Program-made: the position numbers and the translations under genes
Shown here: piece after piece, positions 28,209 to 40,758 of the stretch
Layout: each line of letters starts with the position of its first letter
How positions within the stretch are numbered: position 1 is the stretch's first letter
Notes under the pieces: generated by a model
The model's input: the letters and a program-made list of their open reading frames with translations, nothing else
Told to the model about the DNA's origin: nothing
The model's database searches: none
NCBI GenBank assembly: GCA_026914245.1
Contig: CP110439.1
Location: 310,001-374,000, forward strand
Direction of reading: 5' to 3'
Length of the DNA: 64,000 nucleotides
Source of the DNA: Puccinia triticina
Lineage: Eukaryota

Positions 28209-29418
28209 GTTTCTTCAAGAAAATGTTTTTATGAATATAGGGAGCTTATCCTAATCTCTGAAAATCCCCGAAAGAAAGAGCCGGGAAACCAACAAATTTT
28301 CCCGGGCAATAGCTGCAAAATAAAATAAATACCCCGGGTGAAGTATATGTGGCAAAAATATTGAGTGGGAGAAAGAGGATGGAAATCAGAAAAACTGAGC
28401 ATCCTCCTTAAAAATCTCCCCCTTGCAGACTGACCGTCAAGCCAAGATGCCGCCGGTTCAGGCTGTTGCGTTTTCGCCCAACTTGGTTCCTCGGCGATCC
28501 CCTTCCCCAGCAAGCAGCTCGCCGGGTAAGATTCCTCCTCCCTTGACGTCTTGCCAGCATGCCATCGAGAAATTCCGGGGCTTGCTTGCTCGGCTCTGAA
28601 AATAATGGACGACAAAGGGGAGTGCAACCTGAAGCAGCGAGTAGCTGTGAGTGAACCGCGAACAGTCAATGAGACTGGTGAAGATGAGCACACCTAAAGC
28701 AATGATGAGAGAAACAATATGGAAACCAGATGATGATTGAAGAATAGCCAAAGAGAAAAAGAAATACACTGCATACCTGAGACCGGAGGATGAAAGGTGT
28801 GGAGAGGTTTGAATTGAGCAATGTGAGATGAAAACAATAGCGTAGATGATAAGAAACAACAGAGAGAAACTAAGTTGGAATATATAGTCTACGTTAGGGT
28901 TTGTGAGTCTCATCATTGAGATTCAAACCTAAGTCATCAACGGTCCGCAGTACGGTGCATGGGAGGCCATCCGGCTTACTTAAGCCTCAATAGAAAAGGT
29001 ATTAAGTATGAAATGGCTCATCCAATTACATATTTACCTACTTTTTTGCATTTGGTTGGATTTTTTAGTTGCACATAATTTCTTTAATCTGTTTTGCAAA
29101 TCGGCAACCATATTCATCTAGCATTGTTTAGGCTACATTCAGGCACGTCACGATTGGTTTGCAACATGATAGTGTTGATGAGATATTATTATTGATGGAT
29201 TTATGTTTGAAATGAGGTACACAAATTTAGCAATATTAAAGTGAGCTGTATCGAACTTGGAATGTATTCCCTTAGTAGGTAAAAGTGTTACTGATGAGCT
29301 AGGAAGGAGAAAAAAAAACATAGAGAACTGCAATTTGAAGGATCGAAGAAAGTAAGTTTCCTGCTTGTTGTGACAAAAACCTGAGAAAGAGGCCAAGCTT
29401 ACCGTTTGGGTATCCAGT

Positions 29419-32400
29419 CTATTCCGGTCTGGTACCGAGTGCCATTCTGAGTCGGTTATGGGCTTCCAAAGCTTGGATTTGAGCTATGCTTTGACGAATA
29501 ACAAATTCCGCAGACACGCCTCGTACGCTCTGAGTCTGGGCAGTGTGTAAGCTTGCGATCTCCAGGATACTGGCATTAGATTCAGCGGATACGACGGTCT
29601 CAATGGAGGACTCCGAGTTGGATTTTTTGACTCGAGATCCAGTAGAAACCCGTTTACCCTTGGCTGAAGATGATGGGTTGAAATTCGTATCGGGGTACTG
29701 GATCGCGGCAGATTCCCAAGATGAATGAGAAGAAACTCGTCGACTGGATAATGGATTGGGATCGTTAGGTGAGCAGGGTGTGGATGTGCTTTCGTACTCT
29801 ATAGCAGTTGGCTTCATGCTGCTATATCGGCTGGCAGACTTTGGAGGACGCATGGGCGGAGCTACCATGAATTTGGCAGGCAGCGTGACCCAATCAGGGA
29901 CTGTTTGATGGAACTGGCTGGGTAAATCCCAAGAGCAGTCCGGATCCATCTCCGAGTCGATCAACGCTCTGAGATCTTCAGTCACCGCGGCTAGCTCCCG
30001 AATCGTTTGAGAAGAGTTCAGCGTGTTCAAGCTGGTTCTTTTCGGCGCAAAATCGAATTTCACGTTCGACCGATCGAAGTCTTGAAGAGCTGCTGTGCCA
30101 AGCAACTCACTGGTTCGTGAACGATGGCTAATTAGACTGGAGACAGAGTTGATCCGAGGATCTCTAGCGCGCCACTCTTGCCCGGAGCTTAAGGTACGTA
30201 TACGAGGAGTCGGTTGCCTGTCAGCTCTTTCCACTTCGCTGGAGACCTTCACCTTTGAAACTGGTAAGTCAAATACAGCTCGATTATCATGCGGGATTTG
30301 AATCGATTGAGACGTGGAATATTGATGTTGGGGGGACATGTAGGAATCGCTTTCTTCAGGGTGAGGACCCTGCTCTGTTGTGCAATTGAAGTTGGAATAT
30401 CGGGCCAAGAAGGTTCCGATGGACTCAGGTCTTTGGTCATAAGTGGATGAACGCGGGGGTGATGGCGGAATGAGCTCGGATGGATGATCCGTAATCAAAA
30501 TCGCAGGGGGTACACAAGAAATCGTGTTTGGCCTTTTAGGAGCATCCTGAGAGCCAACCGAGTAATTCAAGCGGTTCAATTGAGCAGAAGCTGCTCGGAC
30601 TAAACCGTCAGCAGAGTCAACTCGCTTGATGGGCTGGTTGAATGCTGGGATACTAGGTTTCTTGGCGTACTTTGGAGAGGACATGCTGAAAGGATCGTTG
30701 ACGCTATTGAGCGACTCGCGAACATTCTTATAATTCTCACTGCTGATACCCATCTCAAGTTTTCCCTTCTTGTTTCCTGCTGATAAAGAGTCGAACTTCG
30801 TGATACTGAGAAGGAAAGAAGCAATGGAGCTGATGCTTTTGAGGGAAGCCTTCGATATGGTTGAAGACTTGCTATCAGACCTTGGCCGGCTAGCGAGGTG
30901 GGCATCGTCAGAAAAATCGATTTTGTGAGGTGATTGGGCGGGCTCCGGTTGGGTTCGATTTTTCAAGGTACTGATAACCTTATAATCATTCTGCTTCAGA
31001 TCGTCCTCATAGTTGCTACTGAGGCCCGATGAAAGGGAAGGCGCCATCGGGGACGATACGGGTGCAGGAAATTCAAGCCGGATACTGTCAATGCTTAACT
31101 TTCCATTCACAAGGTAAGCTAGGGGCGGAATAGAAGGAGCTTGAGATGGGCTGCGAGACACCGGGTGGCCGCTTCGAACATCCTCACTAGCGGAACAGAA
31201 GCTGTTTGACTTCTGGTTAACAGCAGTGACTGTGCGCTCGGGATTTGGCTTGCTTTCACGATGGATCTTGAGTTTTTTGTCAGCAATCCAACAACTCTTC
31301 TCCTCCATAAATTCATCATAGGCGGTGCCTCTATGCTTGCGTTTCCAAGATGAAAGTCCGGGAAAGCATCCGTTCTTCTTCCAAGCCAATATGATGAGAA
31401 TCAGACAAATTCCAACAAGACCCAGACTTCCGGCGACGATCGAAACGACAAGGGTGGTAGCCCCGGGGTGCACAGGCATCACATGCGCTTGAGGTGCATG
31501 TGACATGGCAGGTGAAAAGGCCTTGTTGTCGTACATCAATGGCGAAAAGCTTCCAGGGGCATCGCGGAGGTTGGGAGAATGTGATGGGAAAGCTGGGGAT
31601 GATGGCAGCTCGAGCGGCGAGTCGTTCTTTCCACTGGAATATGCGTCTTGGGATGGGGCTATAAATGAGCCGGCATCGCTGCCGCCTCTTGTCGGAAGGA
31701 CTGGTGATGCCCGAGTAACCTGAGCCGAGTCCGGGTTGTCAATCCCACGCAGCTTCATCCGATGGCGCAGCGTGCTCAAAAGTCTTCCCCGCGGGCTAAA
31801 TTTCATCGAGAGGGGCATTGGTCCGGATGATGAATCCCTGTTTGATGGAATGTGGTTACAAATAACTCAAGTCAGCTTCTAAGCTCAGCTGAATTGTAGT
31901 TACAAATCACCAAAGTGAGGCTCTCAGTGGACATGCGTACGGGATGGGTGAAATGACAAGCTCAGGGATAACTTGAAGCTCTGGGGCAACTTTTTCTGAT
32001 TTGAAGTCGTCTCCAGCCCTAGGGAAAAAAACACATGCTTTACATCAATATAACATCAGTTAAAGTGAGTGCCAATAATACATTCTTCGTTGACATACAG
32101 CGATTTCCGGTTGAATGATAACAGTCTTCGCGTTAGCCTTTGGGAGATCGACGGAACATTCTCAGTCTTCAGGGTGTTCGTCTGCGGTGTGACCGACGAC
32201 ACGTGAACCGGAGATTTAATTGAGAGAGAAGGCGAAATTTCTGGAGACGGATTTGTTTCCCTCTTGAGAGTGGCACGTGGGCGATGCTCTGCGGTTTCAA
32301 GCTCCTGACCATGCAAAACGGCTTCTGTCCAAGAATCATGATTTTCTGACCGCTCGGGAGTGAGGTTGTCGAAAGATGTCGGCCAAGGACTCAGCTGTAC

Positions 32401-32856
32401 TCGACGCGTCGATAGGGTGACAAGCGGTGATGAAGATGGCGCGCTTTGCTCGATACCCCAAGGCAGCGTAGGTGTAGAGTGAAGAGCTTCTGCTGACATG
32501 GGCAAAAAGTTGGCGAAAGTGCTTTCTCCAGTGTCAATACCCAAGCCAAGACCAATGGGCTGATGTCTAGCGTTGAGCGTTGTTGGCTCCGAAATCGCAA
32601 ACTCATCAATATCCAGCATGGGGTTGAGCTCGCTTTCTGTGGGAGTCTTCACATCGGGCGATAGGGCGTCTTCAAATCTACCGCTAAGGTTAGCAAGCAG
32701 CGAAGCCGGAGGCGGGGGCGAGGGTGAGATGTCAATGACATGGGATGAGACAGTCAAGGAAGTGGCCGGTTGATCCCGGAAGGGCGAGGATAAACCTTTG
32801 ACAGAAATGAACCTAGTTGGTGTTGACTCGGCTGAGAGTAGCATTGAGGTTTTCAT
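29419..32856 (-). CDS. Large Ser/Pro-rich single-pass membrane protein of unknown function, probably one spliced gene
   Basis: 266-aa and 799-aa ORFs can be joined through a small exon near 32019-31941. One TM segment (LVVSIVAGSLGLVGICLILIILAW) followed by basic residues. Confidence 0.7.
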
Positions 32857-33922
32857 GATTGCTTTCCAAGGTGTTCCTGTATTGAGAGATGGAGAGATGG
32901 AGGTCGAGAGTTGACAGAAAGAACTAGAACAGATTTACTGTGAGAGTTACTTGAGGTGGGTGAATGACAGACTGAAAGAATGGATGGAAATAACTGTTGA
33001 GGATTACTTCAGGCGGGCAATGACAGATGAGAAAGGTTACGGATTAGGACAAATTTGAAAGGTTGAAGTAAAGATTGTGGCGAATTTTGAGGGACAGACA
33101 GATCGGAAAGAAACAGGAAGTAAACAGAAGATAACCCAGCAGGCTTCTCTGGGCGCCAGGGAAGGTTATATAAGGGCATCCTATTCTCGGTACAACGGAT
33201 GGATGGATTGTTCCGATCAAAGCCGGGTAGCTTTTGGCCTAGATCGCGTCAGGACTGCTATAGAGCAGGTACCCTATCAACTACGAGCTAGCTCGAAGTC
33301 TTCGGCGCGTCTCGTTGGCACAACCGCTAAGCACGCGCCCGGATTCTGGCTTTGCGGAAGGATGCCAAGCATCATGCGCAGGCAGAGATCTCGCATAGCG
33401 TTACTAGGATTTGCTTCCGGCGTCCCACTCGAGATTTTATTCAGTTCTAGGGTGATGTGTTGAGAGTTGAAACTGGATCTGGAGACACTTACAGTCTTGC
33501 TCGTGATAAAGCAACTCAGTCGAACATTATATCTACTACATAGAGTGGTGGCCGCCAAAAAACCGCGAGTCACCTGTTGAAAAATCCAAATTGAGCAATA
33601 CGGGCATAGCCTATTTGATGTACCCATGTCTGGTCACATGCTGTAGGTATATGATGAGCCAGGACTCGGGAGCAGATTTGCAGAGCAAAGGTCACGGTTA
33701 CACCAGCAATCGAGCTGTTCTTAATAGGATTACTCGAGTCCTCAGAAAATAGACTGGTACGATGAGCATCTGTCATACCAGTGGTAAGAAGCTGATGAGT
33801 CCAGAAAAGGAACGTGAGGCCAAAAGTTACAGGAACATAAACGGGTACAATTCCAATGTAGTGATTGGAGCAACAACTGTATTACGAGAGATGAAAGATT
33901 ACAAAAAGCAAGCAGATTGACC

Positions 33923-35453
33923 TTAGTCCCAGGTAGCAGAATAACCATTGGTAGTAGCTCCACCCGGTGGATTGGACGGTGCAGCGGGAGGTCCCCAGTC
34001 AGCAAAATTTCGCGCATTAGGTGTGGCGCCTCCGTACGTGGAATAGGTCCCATCGGGTCGGGACCCAGGGGTAGCCCCGCCCCCTCCAAACGGAGTGCCC
34101 ATGTATGGAGTATTCCGGCCATCTGGATTGAGGCCGCCACCTTCACCTAACGCTGCTTGAATACCCTGTTGGACAGATGCCAGCTTGACAATGAGAGATT
34201 CGATCCCCTGAGCGGCGCAATATACCATTTTACGAAATCGGTCAGCGGGTTCGATAAAGTAAAATACGGGAAGAGTTCCTAGGAGGACATTACTTTAACT
34301 ACGATATCATCAGGTTTAAGGTTTCCCGCAGCTTCGACATCAAAATAAAACCGCGAGGGTTTGCTGGTGTAATCGACTGGTTCGTCATCCAGTGGAGGTC
34401 GCTCGTACTATTTTTAAAAGAAAAAACAGATCAAGTAAAAGAGCTCAGGGGCCGATGATGCGGTTCAGGTCAAGCAAGAAAAGGATTACTTTGGCGTTTT
34501 TCGTCAAGGGCCATTCAGCTTTTGGGTCGGTGCCGACTTCAAACCACAGATCAGTATGTCCGAGTCGGTTGTACGGGTCATACTCGAACCCAATAGTCGA
34601 CACAGGAGACCATTTGGCATGTTCTTGGCCAATTCCCTGTGTGCGTGTGTGTTAAAAGGGGATCGCGGATTCATATGAGCAACGTGTGGTGTGGCAGCTC
34701 ATGAAGAGCGAAGATGATAGAGCGCACCTTGATGGCTCGGCACTTGAGTCGAACTTCTTGACCCTTGCGGAGCTTGGTGATCAAAACTCCAGGCTGTTCG
34801 CCATTAGGCATAGTGAATTCTGGATGGCGGTGGTCCAATTTAGCAAGAATGTGTAGGGTAGATCAGATAGGACGAAGCACTCACGAAATGGCTTGCCCAC
34901 ATCACCTCGATGTGCTCCATCCTCCCTGGGTGTGATGACAAGGTCCTTCGAGGTGACTGGCAGGGTCTCTCCGATCATGGTACATTTGGTCGAAAGCACT
35001 AATTCGATTGAGCAGTCGTCACAATACGATAAACAAGTACAGTCCTGTCTGACCGTTGATCACAAAGCTTTCTGATCAGCTGCATGATCCTAAGAGCAAG
35101 GTATTGCATTTTTGTTTTCGTTTTTTTTTTTTTTGCTCGTTTGTTGATCGACTGACCCGCTGCCAGTTTTTGAGGTATTTATCCAGGTCCTCACTAATCA
35201 GGGGAATCAGTCCAAGACGATGGGCAATCATCTCGTCGGGCAACACGCTCGTGTTCTCTTCGAATTCGACCGAGTGGATTGCGATCGTCGTCAGGTCTGC
35301 GATCATCGTCCTTCTCAGCGAGTTCGCGAGTCCCAGATCGATTCCTTCGAGGATGAATGCCGCATGCTGCTCGTCCAACTCGGTCACCTTGACTTGTAGC
35401 TGTGATCCATCGGTCGACTGGGGTGTTTCTAGTGCCAAGGGTGCGGTGGACAT
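33923..35453 (-). CDS. RPB3: RNA polymerase II subunit Rpb3, spliced
   Basis: [17 protein letters not shown]....[17 protein letters not shown], the Zn-loop CTC..YCDDC and [13 protein letters not shown] motifs. Start at MSTAPLAL is inferred. Confidence 0.95.
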
Positions 35454-36146
35454 GGTGTGGTGAAGCTCTGGGGGTCGGCTCGTCGGGGCGTCCTGCCCGC
35501 CGAATGCTGCATTGCCGATGGCCTGGGCGTGAGCTGTCACAGCCTGTGATTGGTTGGTGAAACACCAGCCCCTCGTTTCGGAGAGATTCCCGAGGCGCGT
35601 CTTCCATCTCCGCTGATCAGCCAGGGCCAGTCAGTCGGAGTGCTCCATCAAAATTTTGTACTTTGTCCAGTGGTTAACTACCCCGGCAATCAGCAACGTC
35701 TACTTAGTCCCAGGGTTTGCTGGTCTTCTATGTTCAATCGAGGGTGCTCAGCCCATGGCCAATGTCCGCAAGGCAATAATACAGCATCTCAACCACTCCG
35801 CTCCAACAGCGCCACAGCCATTAGATCGGCTGACTCGCCGTAACGAAACCCCCAAAGGGGACAACTTTAATAGGCAATCGTGGGGTTGGACTTTCTCCAT
35901 CCATTCCGGCCACCGAGATAGCGAAATTGGGACAATCGAGAACCACGGACAATCACCCACTCATGCTGCGTCACTGAGTGCATAAGCTATTAAATACTCA
36001 TGTAAATCCTTCGTGTCCTCTCTCTTGTGGGCTGTCGGAGATTGACCTGTCATACAACTCAGCATAAATAAATATAATCCTGCGCTCCATCTTGCGAAAA
36101 TTGTGTAGGAACCCCCAATCAACCAATCTTTCCATCACGTTGCGCC

Positions 36147-39100
36147 ATGGTCTCCTCTTGCCGATCACCCCCCGGACTGGCAAGACTCTCCATATTCCTC
36201 ATCCTGGGCGCTGCAAATGTAAATATCCTCAGGGCGTCCGAGCCAGCTCTCAACCAACAACCCCATTCTTCCGACATAAGCCATCTGCCTATCAACCCAA
36301 CAAACCCAGCTCCTCCCCTTGCCCCCAGCCAAGTCATCAATGGCACCACCGGCACCTCGAATTTCGACTTTCAAGTGACCCCAGCTCCGCCCGGGTTTGA
36401 ATCTTGGATATCCCCTGTGGTGTACGCGCTCTGCTTTCCTCTCAAGCCCCAGGGCGAAACTTTGCGCTATAAGATCACACTATTCATCCTGTTTCCTAAC
36501 TTGCTGTGTTTTGCTGACACGCTTATTATCCAATTCGTGCCTTTTTCTTCATTAACCTTTGGGTCCAAACAGGCTCCCCTCGCCCGCTCAACAGGGGCCC
36601 TCCGCCTGGACCAGCTCCATCCAACGCGCCAAACAGTTTGTTGCCCAGCTTACCATTGAGGAGAAGGGTGAGTCCACTCCGAAAATTTCCCTAAACCGGT
36701 AAAACCAGCTGAACTCGCTATCTGATACCATTTCACCAATTTTTAATCGCTATGTTATGCAGTCAATCTGACAACGGGGGCAGGCGTCCAAGGTCGCTGT
36801 GTCGGAGAAACAGGAACCGTGCCCAGATTGGGCTTCACTCAACCGATTTGTTTACAGGATGGCCCGGTTGGTATTCGGTTCACAGACTTCAACTCGGTCT
36901 TTCCGGCTGGCATCAATGCCGCGGCTACCTTCGATAAAAACCTCATGTTCAAGCGGGCCAAAGCAATGGCAGAAGAGTTCAGGGATAAAGGTGCCAATGT
37001 TGTCCTGGGTAAGCACCGCCGTGTTTTTTCTTTCTTCCTCTGCAAATAAAATAAGTCTAACGTCGGTTGATTCTATTCAGCACCAATGACTAACCTCATG
37101 AGGACTCCCGAAAGCGGCCGCGCTTGGGAAGGTAACTGCTACATTCAGAGATTCCATATTGATTTTCATCGGTTTGATTCTGACTTCAACCTTACATCAT
37201 TCAGGTCCGGGAGCCGACCCCTACATGGCAGGTGTTGCCACCGTACAGGCCGTCCTCGCCATCCAATCCACTCGAGCTTCGGCTTGCGTCAAGCATTACA
37301 TTGCCAACGAACAGGAGCATTATCGAGGGGGGAGTGGTGGGACAGCCTCAAGTTCTAACATCGACGATCGTACCCTTCGTGAGTTGAGCTCATCTACGTT
37401 CCTTCTTCCCTAGAATCTTAGTGTATACTGATGTCTCGTATAAATTAAAGGTGAACTGTATGATTGGCCTTTTGCTGAAGCAATCCGGGTAGGAGTTGAC
37501 TACGTGATGTGCTCGTACAACCGAATCAACCAAACCCATGCTTGTGAAAACTCGAAGCTGATCAACGGTATCGTGAAAGGGGAATATCAATTTCAAGGTG
37601 TCTTGGTTACAGACTGGGCAGCGGCCGTATCCGGCGTCCGAACGGCTCTGGCCGGTGCCGACATGAACATGCCTGGTTTTATGGCATACGGCCAACCCTC
37701 GGAGCCCAACCCTGCGACGGCGAACAGCTCTTACTGGGGGTTGAAGATGATCGAGGCCGTGAATAACGGCTCGGTTCCAATCCAAAGGCTGGATGACATG
37801 GTCACCCGTGTCATGTCGACTTACTACAAGCAAGGTCAAGATAAGGAAGATTATCCGAGGCTGAACATGATGAGTATCGGACAAGGCACCCCAGAAGAAC
37901 AGGCCAGATTGAACAAGCATGTCAATGTCCAAGCCGACCATTACAAGCTAATCCGTGAAATTGGAGGAGCATCCACTGTCCTACTCAAAAACCTCAATCA
38001 CACCTTGCCGCTCAAATCACCGAAGGAAATGAGAACAGTCGTAGTCATTGGCAGCGATGCTGGCGACAATCCCCGGGGTATCAACTCTTGCACTGACAGA
38101 GGATGCAACAACGGTACGCTAGCAGCGGCATGGGGATCGGGTACCGCGAACTTCCCGTACTTGATCGCACCAGCTACTGCCATTCAAAACTACTTGATGC
38201 AAGCCAATCCGACGATCTCTTATCAATCAATCTTCGACAATTATGCCTACAATGAGATCGGTAATGCTAGCGTGTCAGCCGACGTCGCCATCGTACATGT
38301 CAACTCCAATTCAGGCGAAGGCTATATCACTGTTCAGGAAAACGCCGGGGACCGAAACAACATGAGCTTGTGGAACAACGGCGACGATCTGATCCTTCGA
38401 ACCGCTCAAGTTTGCAACAATGTGGTCGTTGTCATCCACTCCGTTGGCGCAGTCGACATGGAAGCTTGGATCAATCATCCCAACGTGACAGCCGTATTGA
38501 TGGCCGGACTGCCTGGACAAGAAAGCGGAAACGCGGAGGTTGATGTGCTATGGGGGAAAGTCAATCCAGTTAAGCATCTTGACCCGTTTCCTTCGTAACT
38601 TTGCCGTCTGGCTAGTCATCCTTTGCCTGCTGTGTATTCAACTTGCTAATCTGTAAACTTGGATCTCAGTCAGCAAGATTACCTTACACCATCGCCAGGA
38701 AACGCTCCGATTATCCTGCCGAGATCCTTTATAAATCTGACATGCCAGTCCCTCAAATAAACTACTCGGAGCAACTACAGATTGATTATCGCCATTTCGA
38801 TACTAACAACATCGAAGTTAGTTATATTCACAATTGTATCAGTTAGCCTGCCTAAGATTACATTCTGACGCTCTTAGCTTTCGACCATCGTTTCTGGATT
38901 TTGGTAACAGCCTCGGTTTGAATATGGCTTTGGCTTGTCTTACACGACCTTCAAGTATGACTCGTTAAAAATCGCCAAGCCAACCAAGGCTCGTGCCCAG
39001 CCGAGTCCTCCCGGGCCATCATCGCCACAGAAATCGATGTCCTTAAACCCATCATCCAGCACGCCAGATCTGTATGAGAACATTCTTAGCGTGGAATTCC

Positions 39101-39572
39101 GAATTACCAATACCGGCCAACTGCCTGGTAATGAGGTTGCCCAAGTACGTCCATCTGACTCCCCTCGAGCGTGCTTGCAAATGCTTGATCAGAGGAGGTT
39201 TGATAGCTAACATCTCCGGGCTTTACATTGTATCCTTCAAGTTGTATGTTGGCTTCCCCGCCCAAGTCAATGAACCACCCAAGGTCCTGAGAGGGTTTGA
39301 ACGAGTCTTCATCCCCAAGGGGCAAACCAAAACCGTCTGTCTGGAACTTCGGAAGAAAGATTTGTCTTATTGGTGAGGCCCGTTTTCCCGGTTGTTCACA
39401 CAGATGTTTTCTAGATTTCACAAGCTGATGTCGATTTTCACCATGTGTCCATCATGCAAAACTCTACAGGGACGTAATCTCTCAATCATGGAAACTTCCA
39501 AACGGGATCTTCAAGTTCATGGTTGGAAGCAGCAGTCGGCAAATCCTCCTGAGCGACGAGCTCGAGCTTTAG
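36147..39572 (+). CDS. Secreted GH3 beta-glucosidase, copy 1, multi-exon
   Basis: Signal peptide, CLQDGP.G.R, GRAWEG, CVKHYIANEQE, MCSYNRIN, VTDW nucleophile motif, SGEGY acid/base region and a C-terminal Fn3-like domain (VLRGFER). Confidence 0.95.
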
Positions 39573-40758
39573 CCCACTTGCCATCGTCTCGCAAACGTGC
39601 TGAGTTGAACATCCCACGTGCTATTATAGTGTCTTTTCTTTCTTCGTTCCTTTGCGTTCTGCTACACAGAACTTGTCATCTATCTCGTCCTCATCTTCCT
39701 TTCTGTTCTCATTACCCAGCAGTACGTTCCTCTTCGCATCTAGACGCGCTCTCAGCATTTGTTGTCATTGTATTTTACCTTCCTCCGCAGTAAACAATTT
39801 TATAATGTGTGTCGAATTGCTGGAGGCTTCCACCCCGAGATAAAGTTATCCTTCAGAGCAATCACATTGTGTTTCCGTGAAAGGTTGGACAGTTTGAGCA
39901 CTTCACCTCTCCCATAAAAACATCACTTTACGGGGTTTGAATTCAAAAATGGTTCCCCCCACGTATTAGCGTACTCGATCCTCCCCATCACCATGCATCA
40001 GTCCTGCTCATGAGTCAGCAGAGTAGCTTTGAAGCTTTACACAACAGAACCCTTGGAGCAGTATTCAAACCATTTTGGCCGAAACACTATGTATGTATAA
40101 AAACTTTACATGGTCGGTCATGCCGCTTCTTGCTGGCACTGCAAATGCGGGTGTTGTATCTCAGACTAACAGTAGCATCCCGTAGTTATATCCAGGTCTT
40201 GGTAAAATGTTTGTCCCTCCTCATTTCTTCCCGTTTGTTCCCTCTTCACTGGTTCTCTCCACATGTCTGTGCCGGGATCACCAATCTCGGTGAGAAGGGA
40301 GAGAGGAGGCCGGGCGAGTGGCAGCCGGAACCATCGATCTGTGCCCGGGCGCCGGCAGTGACATGGTTAGGTATATCCCTACCACTGGTTAATACATGAG
40401 GTTCTCGGTACATGGGCAAGGGAAATTGTGAATTTGTGCCTACAGCTACTCTCATGATCCCCAACCAACAACAGGCCAAGCGACACTGGCCTTCGGTAGC
40501 TTTTTAATCACATTCCAAAAGGGTGCATATGTACACTTGTGCATGCAGCACGTGTGCAGCCTTTAATGTCCGGGGAAGGTCCGCTCCACATTGTATCCGC
40601 AAGAATATCACCAGAAGAAAATTGGCATTCTCCAGCTCCGTTAATGCCTGTTATCCAAGTCCACTCTTTCCTTGGGCAGTCACCCTCATCAATTAACCGG
40701 TCTTCAAGACATCAACTCCACACTTCTTACGCGCCGCTTCCTGAACGTTTGATGAGCT

